In this document: positions 1 through 23,115 of the stretch, piece after piece
Position numbering within the stretch: the first letter of the stretch is position 1
How the letters are laid out: each line of letters starts with the position of its first letter
Assembly (NCBI GenBank): GCA_963708025.1
Contig: CAVPSB010000032.1
Span: 96,001 to 160,000 of the forward strand
Reading direction: 5' to 3'
DNA: 64,000 nucleotides
Source of the DNA: an uncultured Candidatus Rokubacteria bacterium
Lineage (GTDB): Bacteria > Methylomirabilota > Methylomirabilia > Rokubacteriales > DASRDR01
The notes under the pieces: model-generated
The model's database searches: none
Told to the model about the DNA's origin: nothing
The model's input: only the letters and a program-made list of their open reading frames with translations
Translations under genes and position numbers: made by a program

Positions 1-117
1 GCGGACAACCGCCCGGTGGACGAGTCCAACGTTGACGGGCGCCGCGAACACCTTCGCATCGAGCTCGAGCGTTTCACGAGTCTTCCCGGTCTGATCGATG
101 ACGGTCACGCTCGGCAT
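1..117 (-). CDS. rplD: 50S ribosomal protein L4, N-terminal part (runs off window start)
   Basis: Manual translation from ATG at 117: MPSVTVIDQTGKTRETLELDAKVFAAPVNVGLVHRAVVR; directly downstream of rplC as in the S10 operon. Confidence 0.9.
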   Translation of the reverse strand, partial: MPSVTVIDQTGKTRETLELDAKVFAAPVNVGLVHRAVVR

Positions 118-121
118 GGTC

Positions 122-793
122 TCAGGCCTTCTTGGTGGCTTTCTGCTGGCTCTTCGACAGCTTGACGCTCTTGCGAACGAGGACCAGCCCGCCGGTCGCC
201 CCGGGGACCGCGCCCCTGACCAGGAGCAGGTTCTGTTCCGCCATCACGCGCACGACCTCCAGGTGGGCGACGGTCCGCCGGACGGCGCCCATCCGCCCCG
301 GGAGCCGGTGACCCGGGAAGACCCGCGAGGGATCCGACGAGGCGCCGATCGAGCCGGGCGCTCGGTGGAACATCGAGCCGTGGGTGGCGTCGCCGCCGGA
401 CCAGCCGTGGCGCTTGACACCGCCCTGAAAGCCCTGGCCCTTGGTCACGCCGCTCACGTCCACCAGCTCGCCCGGGTTGAAGACGTCCACCGTCACCGCC
501 TGCCCGACCTGGTAGCCCTCGGTCGTCTTCAGGCGCACCTCCCGCAGCGTCCGGGTTGCCCCGACGTTGGCCTTCTTGAAGTGCCCGGCCATCGGCTTGT
601 TGACGTTCTTCTTCTTCGGCTCGAACCCGATCTGGAGCGCCTCGTAGCCGTCGCTGGCCTGGGTCTTCACCTGCACCACCGTGCACGGGCCCGCCTCCAG
701 GACCGTGACCGGGATGATGTTCCCGTCGTCACCGAATACCTGGGTCATGCCGCGCTTCCGCGCGACGAGCCCCAAGGTCATCGCCTTACCCAT
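122..793 (-). CDS. rplC: 50S ribosomal protein L3
   Basis: KRGMTQVF, GVTKGQGFQGGVKRH, HRAPGSIG motifs. Confidence 0.98.
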   Translation of the reverse strand: MGKAMTLGLVARKRGMTQVFGDDGNIIPVTVLEAGPCTVVQVKTQASDGYEALQIGFEPKKKNVNKPMAGHFKKANVGATRTLREVRLKTTEGYQVGQAVTVDVFNPGELVDVSGVTKGQGFQGGVKRHGWSGGDATHGSMFHRAPGSIGASSDPSRVFPGHRLPGRMGAVRRTVAHLEVVRVMAEQNLLLVRGAVPGATGGLVLVRKSVKLSKSQQKATKKA

Positions 794-828
794 GGTGCGG
801 CTTCCTCCTAGCGGGCACCGTCGTGCCA

Positions 829-921
829 GGCCGAGAACCGAGCAGCCCTAGGACGCAGGGAGGAGGCCAGCCGAGACGTACGCCCGGGTACGTTGAGGCT
901 GGCCGACGACCGAGGACGACC
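829..921. repeat. Family B structured repeat (GTAC-hairpin), diverged copy lacking the 21-nt micro-module
   Basis: GACGCAGGGAG-stem-GAGACGTAC-loop-GTACGTTGAG-stem-GACGACC; same scaffold as copies at 29984-30185 and 54531-54711. Confidence 0.7.
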
Positions 922-1000
922 ATAGGCCGGGACGGCCGCGAGGCCGCCGGCCGAGCGCGTCCCGGCCGAGGTAGAGGTCGCGAAGGTTATCGGCATGGCA

Positions 1001-1312
1001 CTACAGCTTGATCTCGACGTCGACGCCCGACGGCAAGTCCAGCTTCATCAGCGCGTCCACCGTCTGTGGCGTCGGGTCGAGGATGTCCAGCAGTCGCTTG
1101 TGCGTCCGGATCTCGAACTGCTCGCGGGACTTCTTGTCCACGTGCGGGGAACGGAGGACGGTCCAGCGGTTGATCGCGGTCGGCAGCAGGACGGGGCCCG
1201 CCACGCGGGCGCCGGTCCGGCGCACGGTCTCCACGATCTCCTTGACCGACCGGTCCAGCAGGCGATGGTCGTACGCACGGAGCCGGATCCGGATCTTCTG
1301 GTCGACGATCAT
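1001..1312 (-). CDS. rpsJ: 30S ribosomal protein S10
   Basis: [35 protein letters not shown]; start trimmed to ATG at 1312. Confidence 0.98.
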   Translation of the reverse strand: MIVDQKIRIRLRAYDHRLLDRSVKEIVETVRRTGARVAGPVLLPTAINRWTVLRSPHVDKKSREQFEIRTHKRLLDILDPTPQTVDALMKLDLPSGVDVEIKL

Positions 1313-1349
1313 TGCCACGGAAGGTCCCTCCGCCTCGGGGCTGCGCCGT

Positions 1350-2546
<1,197 letters not shown>

Positions 2547-2693
2547 CCCTCACGTCCTCCATCCCGGCCACGACGCGCTCGGCCTCCCGGCCGTCGCGGC
2601 TCTGGGCATCCGGCCGGTGCGCGCTCGGCCCCGACCGTTCGTGCGACCTTCGGCTCGGGGGCGCCCCTCCCGACCTCGGGCTCGACCCGGGTC

Positions 2694-4799
2694 TCAGCGG
2701 TATCCCGCCCGGGCCGGGGCCCGGCCGGCGACCTTGGCCATGATCTCCTCGGCCAGGGCGGCGGGGATCTCCTCGTAGCGCGCGAACTGCATGGTGTACG
2801 TGGCGCGTCCTTGCGTCATCGAGCGGAGGTCGGTCGAGTAGCCGAACATCGAGGACAGGGGCACCGTCGCCCGGATGACCTGCGAGGAGCCCCGCGCCTC
2901 CATCGAGACGATGCGGCCTCGCCGGGCGGCCAGGTCCCCGTGCACCGCGCCCATGTACTCTTCCGGGGTCACGACCTCGACCTGCATGATCGGCTCGAGC
3001 AGCACCGGGGCCGCCCTCCGGACGGCTTCCTTGAACGCCATGGAGCCGGCGATCTTGAACGCCATCTCGGACGAGTCCACCTCGTGGTAGGAGCCGTCGA
3101 GCAGCGACACCTGGATGTCCACCATCGGGTAGCCCGCCAGGACGCCACTCTCCATCGCTTCCCGGATCCCTTTCTCCACCGCCGGGATGTACTCCCGGGG
3201 AATGGAGCCGCCCACGATCTTGTTCTCGAAGATGAACCCGGTCCCGGCCTCGACCGGCTCGATCTCGATCTCGACGTCGCCGTACTGACCGCGGCCCCCG
3301 GTCTGCCGGACGAACCGGCCCCGGGCTTCGGCCTTCCGCCGGATCGTCTCGCGGTACGCGACCTGGGGCCGGCCCACGTTGGCCTCGACCTTGAACTCCC
3401 GCTGGAGCCGATCGACGATGATCTCCAGGTGCAGCTCGCCCATGCCCGAGATCAGGGTCTGGTTCGTCTCCGGGTCCACCGCGACCTTGAAGGTCGGATC
3501 CTCGAGCGCCAGCCGGCCCAGCGACAGGCCGAGCCGCTCCTCGTCGGCCTTCGTCTTCGGCTCGATGGCGACCGAGATCACCGGCGCGGGGAAGTCCATC
3601 GACTCCAGCACGATCGGATGATCCTCGTCGCAGAGGGTGTCGCCGGTCCGGGCGAACTTGAGCCCGATCGCGGCCGCGATGTCGCCGGCCGCCACCGCCT
3701 CGATGTCCTCGCTCTTCCTGGCGTGCATGCGGAGAAGCCGTCCCACCCGCTCCTTCTTCTGCTGGGACGAGTTGTAGACGTGCGAGCCCGCCTGGAGCGT
3801 GCCGGAGTAGACCCGGACGAAGACCAGCTGCCCGACGAAGGGGTCGTTCATCAGCTTGAAGGCCAGCGCGGCGAACGGCGCGTCGTCGGACGCCGGCCGG
3901 ACCTCGGGCTCGCGGGTCTCCGGATTGAGGCCTTGAATCGGGGGAATGTCGAGCGGCGACGGGAGGTAATCCACGACCCCGTCGAGGAGAGGCTGCACGC
4001 CCTTGTTCTTGAACGAAGCCCCGCAGAACACGGGCACGATCTTCATGGAGAGCGTCCCGGCCCGGATCGCAGCCTGCATCTCCTCGCGGGAGATCTTCTC
4101 GTCGCCGAGGTACTTCTCCATGAGCCGCTCGTCGATCTCGGAGAGCGCGGCGACCATGTGCTCGCGGTACTCCTTCACGATCGGCGCCTGGTCGGCCGGG
4201 ATCGGGAGGCGCTCGAAGCTCTGGCCCTGGCCGTCCTCCGGCCACACCAGCGCGACCTCGTCCACCAGATCGAGGACACCCCGGAAGCCGTCCTCCTTGC
4301 CGAACGGGAGCTGGACCGTCACCGGGGTCGCGCCGAGCCGGCTCTTGATCATCTCGACCGACCGGTAGAAGTCGGCGCCGGTCCGGTCCATCTTGTTGAC
4401 GTAGGCGATCCGCGGCACCCGGTACTTGTCGGCCTGGCGCCAGACGGTCTCCGTCTGCGGCTCGACCCCGGCCACCGCATCCAGGATCGCCACCGCCCCG
4501 TCCAGGACCCGGAGCGAGCGCTCGACTTCCATCGTGAAGTCAACGTGGCCCGGCGTGTCGATGATGTTGATGCGGCAGTCCCCCCAGAAGCAGGTGGTGG
4601 CGGCGGAGGTGATGGTGATGCCCCGCTCCTGCTCCTGCACCATCCAGTCCATCGTCGCCGTCCCCTCGTCCACCTCGCCGATCTTGTAGGACCGGCCGGT
4701 GTAGTAGAGGATGCGCTCGGTGGTCGTGGTCTTCCCGGCATCGATGTGCGCCATGATGCCGATGTTCCGTGTCTTGTCCAGCGGGTACTGCCGTTCCAT
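2694..4799 (-). CDS. fusA: Elongation factor G
   Basis: [30 protein letters not shown]. Confidence 0.99.
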   Translation of the reverse strand: MERQYPLDKTRNIGIMAHIDAGKTTTTERILYYTGRSYKIGEVDEGTATMDWMVQEQERGITITSAATTCFWGDCRINIIDTPGHVDFTMEVERSLRVLDGAVAILDAVAGVEPQTETVWRQADKYRVPRIAYVNKMDRTGADFYRSVEMIKSRLGATPVTVQLPFGKEDGFRGVLDLVDEVALVWPEDGQGQSFERLPIPADQAPIVKEYREHMVAALSEIDERLMEKYLGDEKISREEMQAAIRAGTLSMKIVPVFCGASFKNKGVQPLLDGVVDYLPSPLDIPPIQGLNPETREPEVRPASDDAPFAALAFKLMNDPFVGQLVFVRVYSGTLQAGSHVYNSSQQKKERVGRLLRMHARKSEDIEAVAAGDIAAAIGLKFARTGDTLCDEDHPIVLESMDFPAPVISVAIEPKTKADEERLGLSLGRLALEDPTFKVAVDPETNQTLISGMGELHLEIIVDRLQREFKVEANVGRPQVAYRETIRRKAEARGRFVRQTGGRGQYGDVEIEIEPVEAGTGFIFENKIVGGSIPREYIPAVEKGIREAMESGVLAGYPMVDIQVSLLDGSYHEVDSSEMAFKIAGSMAFKEAVRRAAPVLLEPIMQVEVVTPEEYMGAVHGDLAARRGRIVSMEARGSSQVIRATVPLSSMFGYSTDLRSMTQGRATYTMQFARYEEIPAALAEEIMAKVAGRAPARAGYR

Positions 4800-4894
4800 C
4801 GAACTTTCCGTTCCTTCCCTTCGTCAGACGCTCCGGCCCCGGGGACAGAGCCACGCGGGGCGCGGTCGGGGTACCGAGGTACCGGTTCTCTGGT

Positions 4895-5365
4895 CTACCA
4901 GCGATAGTGCGCGAAGGCCTTGTTGGCCTCCGCCATCCGGTGGGTGTCCTCCCGCTTCTTCACGGAGGTCCCCCGGTTGTTGGCCGCGTCCAGGAGCTCC
5001 GCGGCCAGGCGTTCCTGCATCGTCTTCTCGGGGCGCTTGCGGGCGAACCCGACGATCCAGCGCATCGATAGGGACGTCCGCCGCTCGGGGCGCACCTCGA
5101 CCGGCACCTGGTAGGTCGAGCCGCCGACCCGCCGCGACTTCACCTCGAGCGCCGGCTTCACGTTGTCCACCGCCTGCTTGAAGAGCTTCAGCGGATCCTG
5201 CTTCGCCCGATCGCCCATCATGTCCAGCGCCCGGTACATCATCCGCTCGGACACGCTCCGCTTGCCGGCCTTCATCATCGAGTTGATGAACTTCGCCACC
5301 AGCCGGCTCCCGTACTTGGGATCCGGCGTCACTTCCCGTTTCCGAATGATCGCCCTGCGCGGCAT
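4895..5365 (-). CDS. rpsG: 30S ribosomal protein S7
   Basis: [24 protein letters not shown]. Confidence 0.99.
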   Translation of the reverse strand: MPRRAIIRKREVTPDPKYGSRLVAKFINSMMKAGKRSVSERMMYRALDMMGDRAKQDPLKLFKQAVDNVKPALEVKSRRVGGSTYQVPVEVRPERRTSLSMRWIVGFARKRPEKTMQERLAAELLDAANNRGTSVKKREDTHRMAEANKAFAHYRW

Positions 5366-5376
5366 CTTGGAACTCC

Positions 5377-5763
<387 letters not shown>

Positions 5764-5819
5764 TCAGGTCCCTCGAGGCTAGTGCCGTGGTGGCGGCAAG
5801 CCCAGTGCAAAACTCACCA

Positions 5820-5848
5820 TTTATAGCAGCCATGGCCTTCTCAGTCAA
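5820..5848 (-). promoter_or_regulatory. Sigma70-type promoter of the rpsL (str) operon
   Basis: Minus strand TTGACT-17 nt-TATAAA with TG extended -10. Confidence 0.8.
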
Positions 5849-5869
5849 CCCCTCCACGGCACCGCGCCC

Positions 5870-10117
<4,248 letters not shown>

Positions 10118-10198
10118 TCGCTCTCCTCCTTGGCATCGGGCCGATGTCGAGCGTCTCGCCTCTGGGCGTCCTCGATCTGCTTGGTTCTCGACCCGACA

Positions 10199-14218
<4,020 letters not shown>

Positions 14219-14272
14219 CTATTCCCTCATCAGCGCCGGTCCGACAACCGTCGCCTCCCGTCGTCCATCTTC

Positions 14273-14302
14273 CAGCCGTCGGCAGCCGTCGGCAGCCGTC
14301 GG
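14273..14302. repeat. 10-bp tandem repeat (CAGCCGTCGG)x3 in the rplL-rpoB spacer
   Basis: Three exact copies read directly. Confidence 0.85.
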
Positions 14303-14391
14303 ACTGCCCTTCGGCCGGCGGGAGCGACTCGACTCTCGGCCCGACGCGGGTCGGCGGTTCACGCACACTCCAACGACGTGACTCGCCTTCC

Positions 14392-14784
14392 CTATCGGAT
14401 CTCCACGCTGGCGCCGACTTCCTCCAGCTTTTTCTTCATGTCTTCCGCCTCCGCCTTGGACACCTTCTCCTTCACCGGCTTGGGCGCCTCGTCGACGACC
14501 GCCTTGGCCTCCTTGAGGCCCAGCCCGGTCAGCTCCCGGACGACCTTGATCACCTGGATCTTCTTCTCGCCGGCCGCGTTCAGGACCAGGTCGAACTCGG
14601 TCTTCTCCTCTTCGACGGCCGCCGGCGCCGCCCCGTGGCCTCCGGCCCCCGGCATCGCCGCCATCGCCATCGGCGCCGCGGCCGACACGCCCCACTTCTC
14701 CTGCAAGAGCTTGGAGAGCTGGGCCGCCTCCAGTAGCGTCAGGCCGTCCAGCTGCTCCGCGATCTGCTCGACCTTCGTTGCCAT
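14392..14784 (-). CDS. rplL: 50S ribosomal protein L7/L12
   Basis: [30 protein letters not shown]. Confidence 0.98.
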   Translation of the reverse strand: MATKVEQIAEQLDGLTLLEAAQLSKLLQEKWGVSAAAPMAMAAMPGAGGHGAAPAAVEEEKTEFDLVLNAAGEKKIQVIKVVRELTGLGLKEAKAVVDEAPKPVKEKVSKAEAEDMKKKLEEVGASVEIR

Positions 14785-15363
14785 CTATCCCTCCTGGGAG
14801 GTTATGTGGACTTCCGTTGCATCCGCGGCGCCGTCGCCGGCCCCGTTCGTGGGCGCCGCCTTGCCACGCTCGGCCAGGATGTACACCAGCTCCCGGTGGG
14901 GCGCGTTGAGGAGCCCCACCAGCTGGGCCAGCGGTCCTTGGACGGCACCCACGATCTGGCCGCGCAGCGCCTCGCGGCTCGGCATGTCGGCCACCGCCCG
15001 CAGCTCCTTCGGCTCCAGGAGCTGGCCGTCGATGACGCCCATCTTGACCGAGAGCGCCGGGTGCGTCCGGGCGAACGCCGTCAGCGCCTTGGCCACCGCC
15101 ACCGGGTCCTTCCGCACGATCACCAGGCCGATGGGCCCCGTGAGGTGCTTCTGGAGGGGCGCCAGCGGCGATCCCTCCATCGCGATGCGGGCCAGCCGGT
15201 TCTTCACGACGCGGTACTCGGCCGCCGCCACCTTGAGCTGCTTGCGCAGCTCCGAGAGCTGCTGCACGGTGAGCCCACGGTACTCGGTCAGCACCGCCGC
15301 CTGGGCGCCGGCCAGCCGCCCTTTCAGCTCGTCGATCATGTCCGCCTTCGCCTGGGTCGGCAC
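14785..15363 (-). CDS. rplJ: 50S ribosomal protein L10
   Basis: [20 protein letters not shown]; position between rplA and rplL. Confidence 0.97.
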   Translation of the reverse strand: MPTQAKADMIDELKGRLAGAQAAVLTEYRGLTVQQLSELRKQLKVAAAEYRVVKNRLARIAMEGSPLAPLQKHLTGPIGLVIVRKDPVAVAKALTAFARTHPALSVKMGVIDGQLLEPKELRAVADMPSREALRGQIVGAVQGPLAQLVGLLNAPHRELVYILAERGKAAPTNGAGDGAADATEVHITSQEG

Positions 15364-15375
15364 GGGGTCCCCTTT

Positions 15376-16083
15376 CTACGTCTTCTTGTACAGGTTCGCG
15401 ACACGCTGGACGTCCACGGAGACGCCGGGACCCATCGTCGTCGACAGGGTGATGCTCCGGAGGTACTGGCCCTTGGCGCCGGGCGGCTTCGCCTTCACCA
15501 GCGCCTCCAGCACCGCGTTCGCATTCTCGGTGAGCCGCTCGGCCGGGAACGACTTCTTGCCGATCGGCACGTGGATGTTGCCGGCCTTGTCCACCTTGAA
15601 CTCGACCTTCCCGGCCTTGACCTCCCGCACCGCCCGGGTGATGTCGAAGGTGACGGTCCCGACCTTCGGGTTCGGCATCAGGCCACGCGGCCCGAGGATC
15701 TTGCCCAGCCGCCCCACCTGCCCCATGAGATCGGGCGTGGCGACGGCGGTGTCGAAGTCGAGCCAGCCGCCCTGGATCTTCTCGACCATGTCCTCGGCCC
15801 CGACGAAGTCGGCGCCGGCGTCCCGGGCCTCCCGCTCCTTCTCGCCCTTGGCGAAGACCAGGACCCGCACCGACTTGCCGGTGCCGTGCGGCAGCACCAC
15901 CGCGCCCCGGACCATCTGATCCGCGTACTTCGGATTGACGCCCAGCCGCACCGCCACCTCGACGGTCTCGTCGAACTTGGCGTAGGCGACCTTTCGCGTC
16001 AGCTCGACCGCGTCCTCGACCGGATACTCCTTCGTCTGGTCGATCTGCTCGAGGGCCTTCGCGAACCGCTTTCCGACGGCCAT
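15376..16083 (-). CDS. rplA: 50S ribosomal protein L1
   Basis: [28 protein letters not shown]. Confidence 0.98.
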   Translation of the reverse strand: MAVGKRFAKALEQIDQTKEYPVEDAVELTRKVAYAKFDETVEVAVRLGVNPKYADQMVRGAVVLPHGTGKSVRVLVFAKGEKEREARDAGADFVGAEDMVEKIQGGWLDFDTAVATPDLMGQVGRLGKILGPRGLMPNPKVGTVTFDITRAVREVKAGKVEFKVDKAGNIHVPIGKKSFPAERLTENANAVLEALVKAKPPGAKGQYLRSITLSTTMGPGVSVDVQRVANLYKKT

Positions 16084-16092
16084 GGTTCCTCC

Positions 16093-16518
16093 CTACCCGA
16101 CCACTTCGATGCCCATGCTCCGGGCCGTCCCCTCGACGATCCGCATGGCCTGCTCGACGTTGTCGGTGTTCAGATCCGGCAGCTTGGTCTGCGCGATCTC
16201 CCGGACCTGGGTTCGGCTCACCTTCCCGATCTTGTCCTTGAGCGGGTTGGCCGACGCCTTCGCGATGCCGGCCGCCCGCTTGAGCAGGATCGAGGCCGGC
16301 GGCGTCTTCACCACGAAGGTGAAGGACCGGTCGGCGTAGATCGTGACGACCACGGGGAGGATCAGACCCTCCTGGGAGTTCGTCTGGGCGTTGAAGCCCT
16401 TGCAGAACTCCATGATGTTCACGCCGTGCTGGCCCAGCGCCGGCCCCACCGGGGGCGCCGGGTTGGCCTTGCCGGCCGGGATCTGGAGCTTGACCATCGC
16501 CTGGACTTTTTTCGCCAC
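16093..16518 (-). CDS. rplK: 50S ribosomal protein L11
   Basis: [30 protein letters not shown]. Confidence 0.98.
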   Translation of the reverse strand: MAKKVQAMVKLQIPAGKANPAPPVGPALGQHGVNIMEFCKGFNAQTNSQEGLILPVVVTIYADRSFTFVVKTPPASILLKRAAGIAKASANPLKDKIGKVSRTQVREIAQTKLPDLNTDNVEQAMRIVEGTARSMGIEVVG

Positions 16519-16692
16519 TAGAGTCGCTCCACCTTGGACTCGTCGAGCTCGAGCCGCGTCGGGCGCCCGAACACCCGCACGACGACGCTCACCCGAGCGT
16601 GCTCGGAATCCGCGTCCTGAACCTGTCCCCGGAACCCACGGTACGGACCGGTGATGATGCGGGCCTCGTCGCCACGCTGGAGGGCGACCACC

Positions 16693-17223
16693 CTAGATCC
16701 GCTCCACCTGGTAGTACTCGAGCTCGACGGGGGTCAGCCGCCCGAAGATCGCCACCATGACCTTGAGCTTCCCCCGCTCGGGATTCATGTCCTCGATGAT
16801 CCCGGTGAAGTTCACGAACGGGCCTTCGACCACCCGCACCTTGTCGCTCTTCTGGAAGATGGACTTCGGCTTGGGCTTCTCGGCGCCCGCCTCCATCTGG
16901 CGCAGGATCTCGTCCACCTCTTCGCGCGGGATCGGGGTCGGCCGGGTGCCGGAGCCGACGAAGCCGGTCACTTTGGGCGTGGACTTCACCAGGTGCCAGG
17001 AGTCGTCGGTCATCTCCATCTCGACCAGCACGTAGCCCGGGAAGAACTTCTGCGGGGTGATCCGCTTCTGCCCCTTCCGGACCTCGACGACCTCCTCGGT
17101 CGGGATGACCACCTGGCTGATCTGCTCCTCCTGGCCGAAGATCTTCGCCCGCTGACGGATGGCCTCGGCGACCTTGTTCTCGAACCCGGAGTAAGTGTGC
17201 ACCACGTACCACTGCTTCGGCAT
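16693..17223 (-). CDS. nusG: Transcription termination/antitermination factor NusG
   Basis: [24 protein letters not shown] motif VRVVEGPF. Confidence 0.98.
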   Translation of the reverse strand: MPKQWYVVHTYSGFENKVAEAIRQRAKIFGQEEQISQVVIPTEEVVEVRKGQKRITPQKFFPGYVLVEMEMTDDSWHLVKSTPKVTGFVGSGTRPTPIPREEVDEILRQMEAGAEKPKPKSIFQKSDKVRVVEGPFVNFTGIIEDMNPERGKLKVMVAIFGRLTPVELEYYQVERI

Positions 17224-17232
17224 GATCACGTC

Positions 17233-17439
17233 CTATGCCCGCCCGACGAACCGGAAGAGTTGATACACGATGGCGGACAGCGCCTGATCCACCGCGAACA
17301 GGAACACCGCCAGCACCAGGACCACGATGATGACGACCGTCGTCGAGCCCATGACCTCGCGACGGCTGGGCCAGCTCACCTTCTTGAACTCGACCAGCAC
17401 GTCGTGAAAGAACTCGCGGACCTTGTTCAGCCACTCCAT
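17233..17439 (-). CDS. secE: Preprotein translocase subunit SecE
   Basis: [12 protein letters not shown] followed by one TM helix; between tRNA-Trp and nusG. Confidence 0.95.
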   Translation of the reverse strand: MEWLNKVREFFHDVLVEFKKVSWPSRREVMGSTTVVIIVVLVLAVFLFAVDQALSAIVYQLFRFVGRA

Positions 17440-17445
17440 AGATGT

Positions 17446-17520
17446 CTTCGGAGGGGGTCTCGGAAGACCCCCTCCGAGGCCTCCCCCCCGGATTCGGTTG
17501 CGCGGGCGAAGCCCGCGGCC
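17446..17520. repeat. Family C hairpin repeat
   Basis: CTTCGGAGGGGGTCTCGGAAGACCCCCTCCGA stem-loop plus second hairpin GCGGGCGAAGCCCGC; matches 40074-40153 and 50971-51058 in opposite orientation. Confidence 0.75.
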
Positions 17521-17559
17521 TCGCTCGCCTTACTGCTCCGCCCCACTCCGTCTCGCGTC

Positions 17560-17636
17560 TGGCAGGCCAGGAGGGATTCGAACCCCCATCCCCCGGATTT
17601 GGAGTCCGGTGCTCTAGCCGTTAGAGCTACTGGCCT
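17560..17636 (-). tRNA. tRNA-Trp (CCA)
   Basis: Cloverleaf AGGCCAG...CTGGCCTGCCA, anticodon CCA, GTTCGAATC T-loop. Confidence 0.97.
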
Positions 17637-17715
17637 GATGCCCGTGCCGGAAGGGGTGTCGGAACACCCGCTCCGAGACCTCCATTCGGTCACGGCGACT
17701 CTGCCGCCGCTCCGC

Positions 17716-17868
17716 CTATTTGGTTTCCTTGTGGGCCGTGTGCTTCCGGCACCAGCGACAGAATTTCTTGAGCTCGAGCCGGTCGGGATGCGTCCGCCGG
17801 TTCTTGGTCTGGGTATAGTTCCGCCGCTGACAATCGCCGCACGCCAGGGTGATGATCTCGCGTGGCAT
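17716..17868 (-). CDS. rpmG: 50S ribosomal protein L33 (zinc-binding type)
   Basis: Not in ORF track; manual translation [50 protein letters not shown]. Confidence 0.96.
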   Translation of the reverse strand: MPREIITLACGDCQRRNYTQTKNRRTHPDRLELKKFCRWCRKHTAHKETK

Positions 17869-17874
17869 GGTCGG

Positions 17875-19070
<1,196 letters not shown>

Positions 19071-19150
19071 CCTGTCCTCCTAGCGCGGGGCCGGCCCACT
19101 TCGTCCGGCGCCGGCCTCGGTGGTGTCGGCGCGGGGGAGCGCCGAAAAGC

Positions 19151-19226
19151 TGGAGCCCATGACCGGACTTGAACCGGTGACCCCGTCCTTACCAAGGACG
19201 TGCTCTACCGACTGAGCTACATGGGC
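19151..19226 (-). tRNA. tRNA-Thr (GGT)
   Basis: GCCCATG...CATGGGCTCCA cloverleaf, anticodon GGT. Confidence 0.96.
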
Positions 19227-19287
19227 GCCCGACATCCGTCTGTCCCTGGCATGTGCCCGACCGCGATCGGGCGCTCTCAACCCGATA

Positions 19288-19362
19288 TGGAGCGGGAAAC
19301 GGGATTTGAACCCGCGACCCCCAGCTTGGAAGGCTGGCGCTCTACCCCTGAGCTATTCCCGC
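19288..19362 (-). tRNA. tRNA-Gly (TCC)
   Basis: GCGGGAA...TTCCCGCTCCA, anticodon TCC. Confidence 0.96.
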
Positions 19363-19401
19363 CCGCGTGTTCCATTCGTCTCACCCACGTCAGCCGACGG
19401 G

Positions 19402-19487
19402 TGGTGGCGAGGGGAGGATTTGAACCCCCGAAGGCGTTCGCCAGCAGATTTACAGTCTGCCCCCTTTGGCCACTTGGGTACCTCGCC
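19402..19487 (-). tRNA. tRNA-Tyr (GTA)
   Basis: GGCGAGG...CCTCGCCACCA, anticodon GTA, long variable arm. Confidence 0.96.
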
Positions 19488-19571
19488 GTCGATCCGTCTG
19501 CTCGCAGGGTCGGCCTTCTGAGGATCGAGCCGGACTCCGTCTCCGCCGGGGCCCGCCCGTCCCGCAACCGG

Positions 19572-19646
19572 TGGAGCTGGCGAAGGGATTTGAACCCCCG
19601 GCCTGCTGCTTACAAGGCAGCCGCTCTACCCCTGAGCTACGCCAGC
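19572..19646 (-). tRNA. tRNA-Thr (TGT)
   Basis: GCTGGCG...CGCCAGCTCCA, anticodon TGT; completes the canonical Thr-Tyr-Gly-Thr-tuf cluster. Confidence 0.96.
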
Positions 19647-19661
19647 AAGCGACAAAACTTC

Positions 19662-19690
19662 ATCCTATGTGTCGGGTCCGCCTCTGTCAA
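19662..19690 (-). promoter_or_regulatory. Sigma70-type promoter of the tRNA-tuf operon
   Basis: TTGACA-17 nt-TAGGAT just upstream of tRNA-Thr; overlaps the 3' end of rlmB. Confidence 0.8.
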
Positions 19691-20482
19691 CCGATTTCTC
19701 GCCAACCCCAGCCCCTGGGGCCGGCCGGCCGGCTCCCTTGCTCCCGGCCCCCGACCCGGCCCGCTGCCGGACCACCTCGTAAAGGAGCGCGGCGCCGGCG
19801 GCCGCGACGTTGAGGGAGGCCACCCGACCGGCGAGCGGAATCCGGGTCAGGGCGTCGCAGCGCCGGGCGACGAGCGGCCGGAGTCCCCGCCCCTCGCTGC
19901 CCAGAACCAGCGCCACCGGGCCCCGGAAGTCGATCCGCCAGGGTGGCGGCAGCTCGGCCGGGGTCGCGGAGGCCCCGACCACCCAGCACCGCTCGATCTG
20001 TAAGATCTCGATTGCCTGCACGAGGTTTCCGACTCGGGCGACGGGGAGATATTCGACCGCCCCGGCCGCCGCCTTGACGGCATGTCCGGTCAGCCCCACC
20101 GCCTGGTGGCGCAGCACGATCACCCCGTGCACCCCCAGCGCCTCCGCCGTCCGGAGCAGGTTGCCGAGGTTCCCGGGGTCCTGCACCTGGTCCAGGAGCA
20201 CGAAGAGGCTCGCCTCTCCCCTGGCCCGGGGCACCGCCAGCAGCTCCTCGAGCTCGGCGTAGGGCCGGGCCGCGACGCGGGCCACCACCCCCTGGTGGTG
20301 GGGGGTCCCGGCCAGGGCCGTGAGGGTGCCACGGGGCACCCGGGCCAGGCGGACCCCCGCCTGGCGGGCCAGGGCGACTACGTCGGCGCCCCGCCCCTCC
20401 GCCTCCGCGTCGATCAGGACCTCGTCCACCCTCCGGGCGCCGCCCCGGAGCGCTTCCAGGACGGGGTGGCGACCGTGGAGGA

Positions 20483-20510
<28 letters not shown>
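19665..20510 (-). CDS. rlmB: 23S rRNA (G2251-2'-O)-methyltransferase RlmB (SPOUT/TrmH family)
   Basis: HQGVVA, LDQVQDPGNLGNLLRTA, GSEGRGL, SLNVAAA; start trimmed to ATG 20510. Confidence 0.93.
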
Positions 20511-21901
<1,391 letters not shown>

Positions 21902-21952
21902 CGGCCGCCGCCCAGCGTGTCCATCAGGGTGGCGCCATCCGCGAGCGTCAGG

Positions 21953-22441
21953 CTAGGCACGAGCGACCTCGACCAGCGCCACGGCCATCGCCGCGACCCC
22001 CTCCTGTCGGCCCAGGGCGCCGAGCCGCTCGGCGTGCTTGGCCTTGATACTGATCCGGTCCACGGCCAGATCCAGGGTCTCGCCCAGCCGCTTCCGCATG
22101 GGCTCCAGGTACTCGGCCAGCCGGGGCGCCTCGGCCACCACGGTCGCGTCGACGTTCACGATCCGCCCTCCTTGGGCCCGGACCCGGGCCGCGACCTCGG
22201 CCAGCAGCGCCTGGCTCGAGATCCCCCGATAGCGCGGATCGCTGTCGGGAAAGTGCTGACCCAGGTCCCCCAGCGCGAGCGCGCCCAGGAGCGCGTCCGC
22301 GACCGCGTGGGTGAGGGCGTCGGCGTCGGAGTGCCCCCCGAGCCCACGCTCGGCCGGCACTTCCACTCCGCCCAGGATCAGTGGCCGGCCCCCGATGAAC
22401 GGGTGGACGTCGAAGCCGAAGCCCACCCGCGTCTCCGTCAC
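21953..22441 (-). CDS. ispF: 2-C-methyl-D-erythritol 2,4-cyclodiphosphate synthase
   Basis: RVGFGFDVH, HSDAD, GDLGQHFPD. Confidence 0.97.
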   Translation of the reverse strand: MTETRVGFGFDVHPFIGGRPLILGGVEVPAERGLGGHSDADALTHAVADALLGALALGDLGQHFPDSDPRYRGISSQALLAEVAARVRAQGGRIVNVDATVVAEAPRLAEYLEPMRKRLGETLDLAVDRISIKAKHAERLGALGRQEGVAAMAVALVEVARA

Positions 22442-23115
22442 CGCGGGCCTCTCCTCGCCAGGAGCGCCTCGGCGAGCGGCAGGTCGTCGGGCCGCGTGAT
22501 CTTCAGGTTGTCCGACCGCCCCGGGACCAGGCGGACCGGAACGCCGAGCCGCTCGACGAGCACGGCGTCGTCGGTCCCGGCGATGCCCTCGGCGACCGCC
22601 CGGCGGTGCGCCTCGCGCAGGACCTCGGCCCGGAACACCTGGGGCGTCTGGACGGCCCAGAGCCCGTCACGCTCCACGGTTTCCTTCACCCAGCCGCCGA
22701 CGCCACGCTTGATCGTCTCGCTGACCGGGAGGGCCGCGATGGCGGCGCCGTGCTGGCTGGCTTCGCCGACCACCCGCTCCACCAGTTCCGCGGTGACGCA
22801 GGGCCGGACCCCGTCGTGGACGAGGACCCACTCCACCTCGTCGGGCACCGCGGCAAGCCCGAGCCGGACCGACTCCTGGCGCTCCGCCCCGCCCGCCAGC
22901 ACCGCCCTGACCTTCGAGCACTCCGCCAGCCGGCGCCGCCAGTCGGCGACGTCCTCCGCCGGCACCGTGACCACGACCGCGTGCACGATCGGCGCGGCTT
23001 CCAGCACCTCGAGGGTCCAGCGCAGGACGGGCTGCCCGGCCAGGAGGAGGGCCTGCTTCTTCTGCCCCATGCGAAGGCCCTGGCCACCCGCCGGCACGAC
23101 CGCCCACACGCTCAG
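22438..23115 (-). CDS. ispD: 2-C-methyl-D-erythritol 4-phosphate cytidylyltransferase (start CTG 23115 or GTG 23109)
   Basis: VPAGGQGLRM, GGAERQESV, VHDGVRP, QTPQVF, NLKIT. Confidence 0.96.
   Translation of the reverse strand: MSVWAVVPAGGQGLRMGQKKQALLLAGQPVLRWTLEVLEAAPIVHAVVVTVPAEDVADWRRRLAECSKVRAVLAGGAERQESVRLGLAAVPDEVEWVLVHDGVRPCVTAELVERVVGEASQHGAAIAALPVSETIKRGVGGWVKETVERDGLWAVQTPQVFRAEVLREAHRRAVAEGIAGTDDAVLVERLGVPVRLVPGRSDNLKITRPDDLPLAEALLARRGPR

Noticed and set aside
14273-14302. Functional role for the 10-bp triple repeat before rpoB
   Set aside because: Short and without further support; probably replication slippage.
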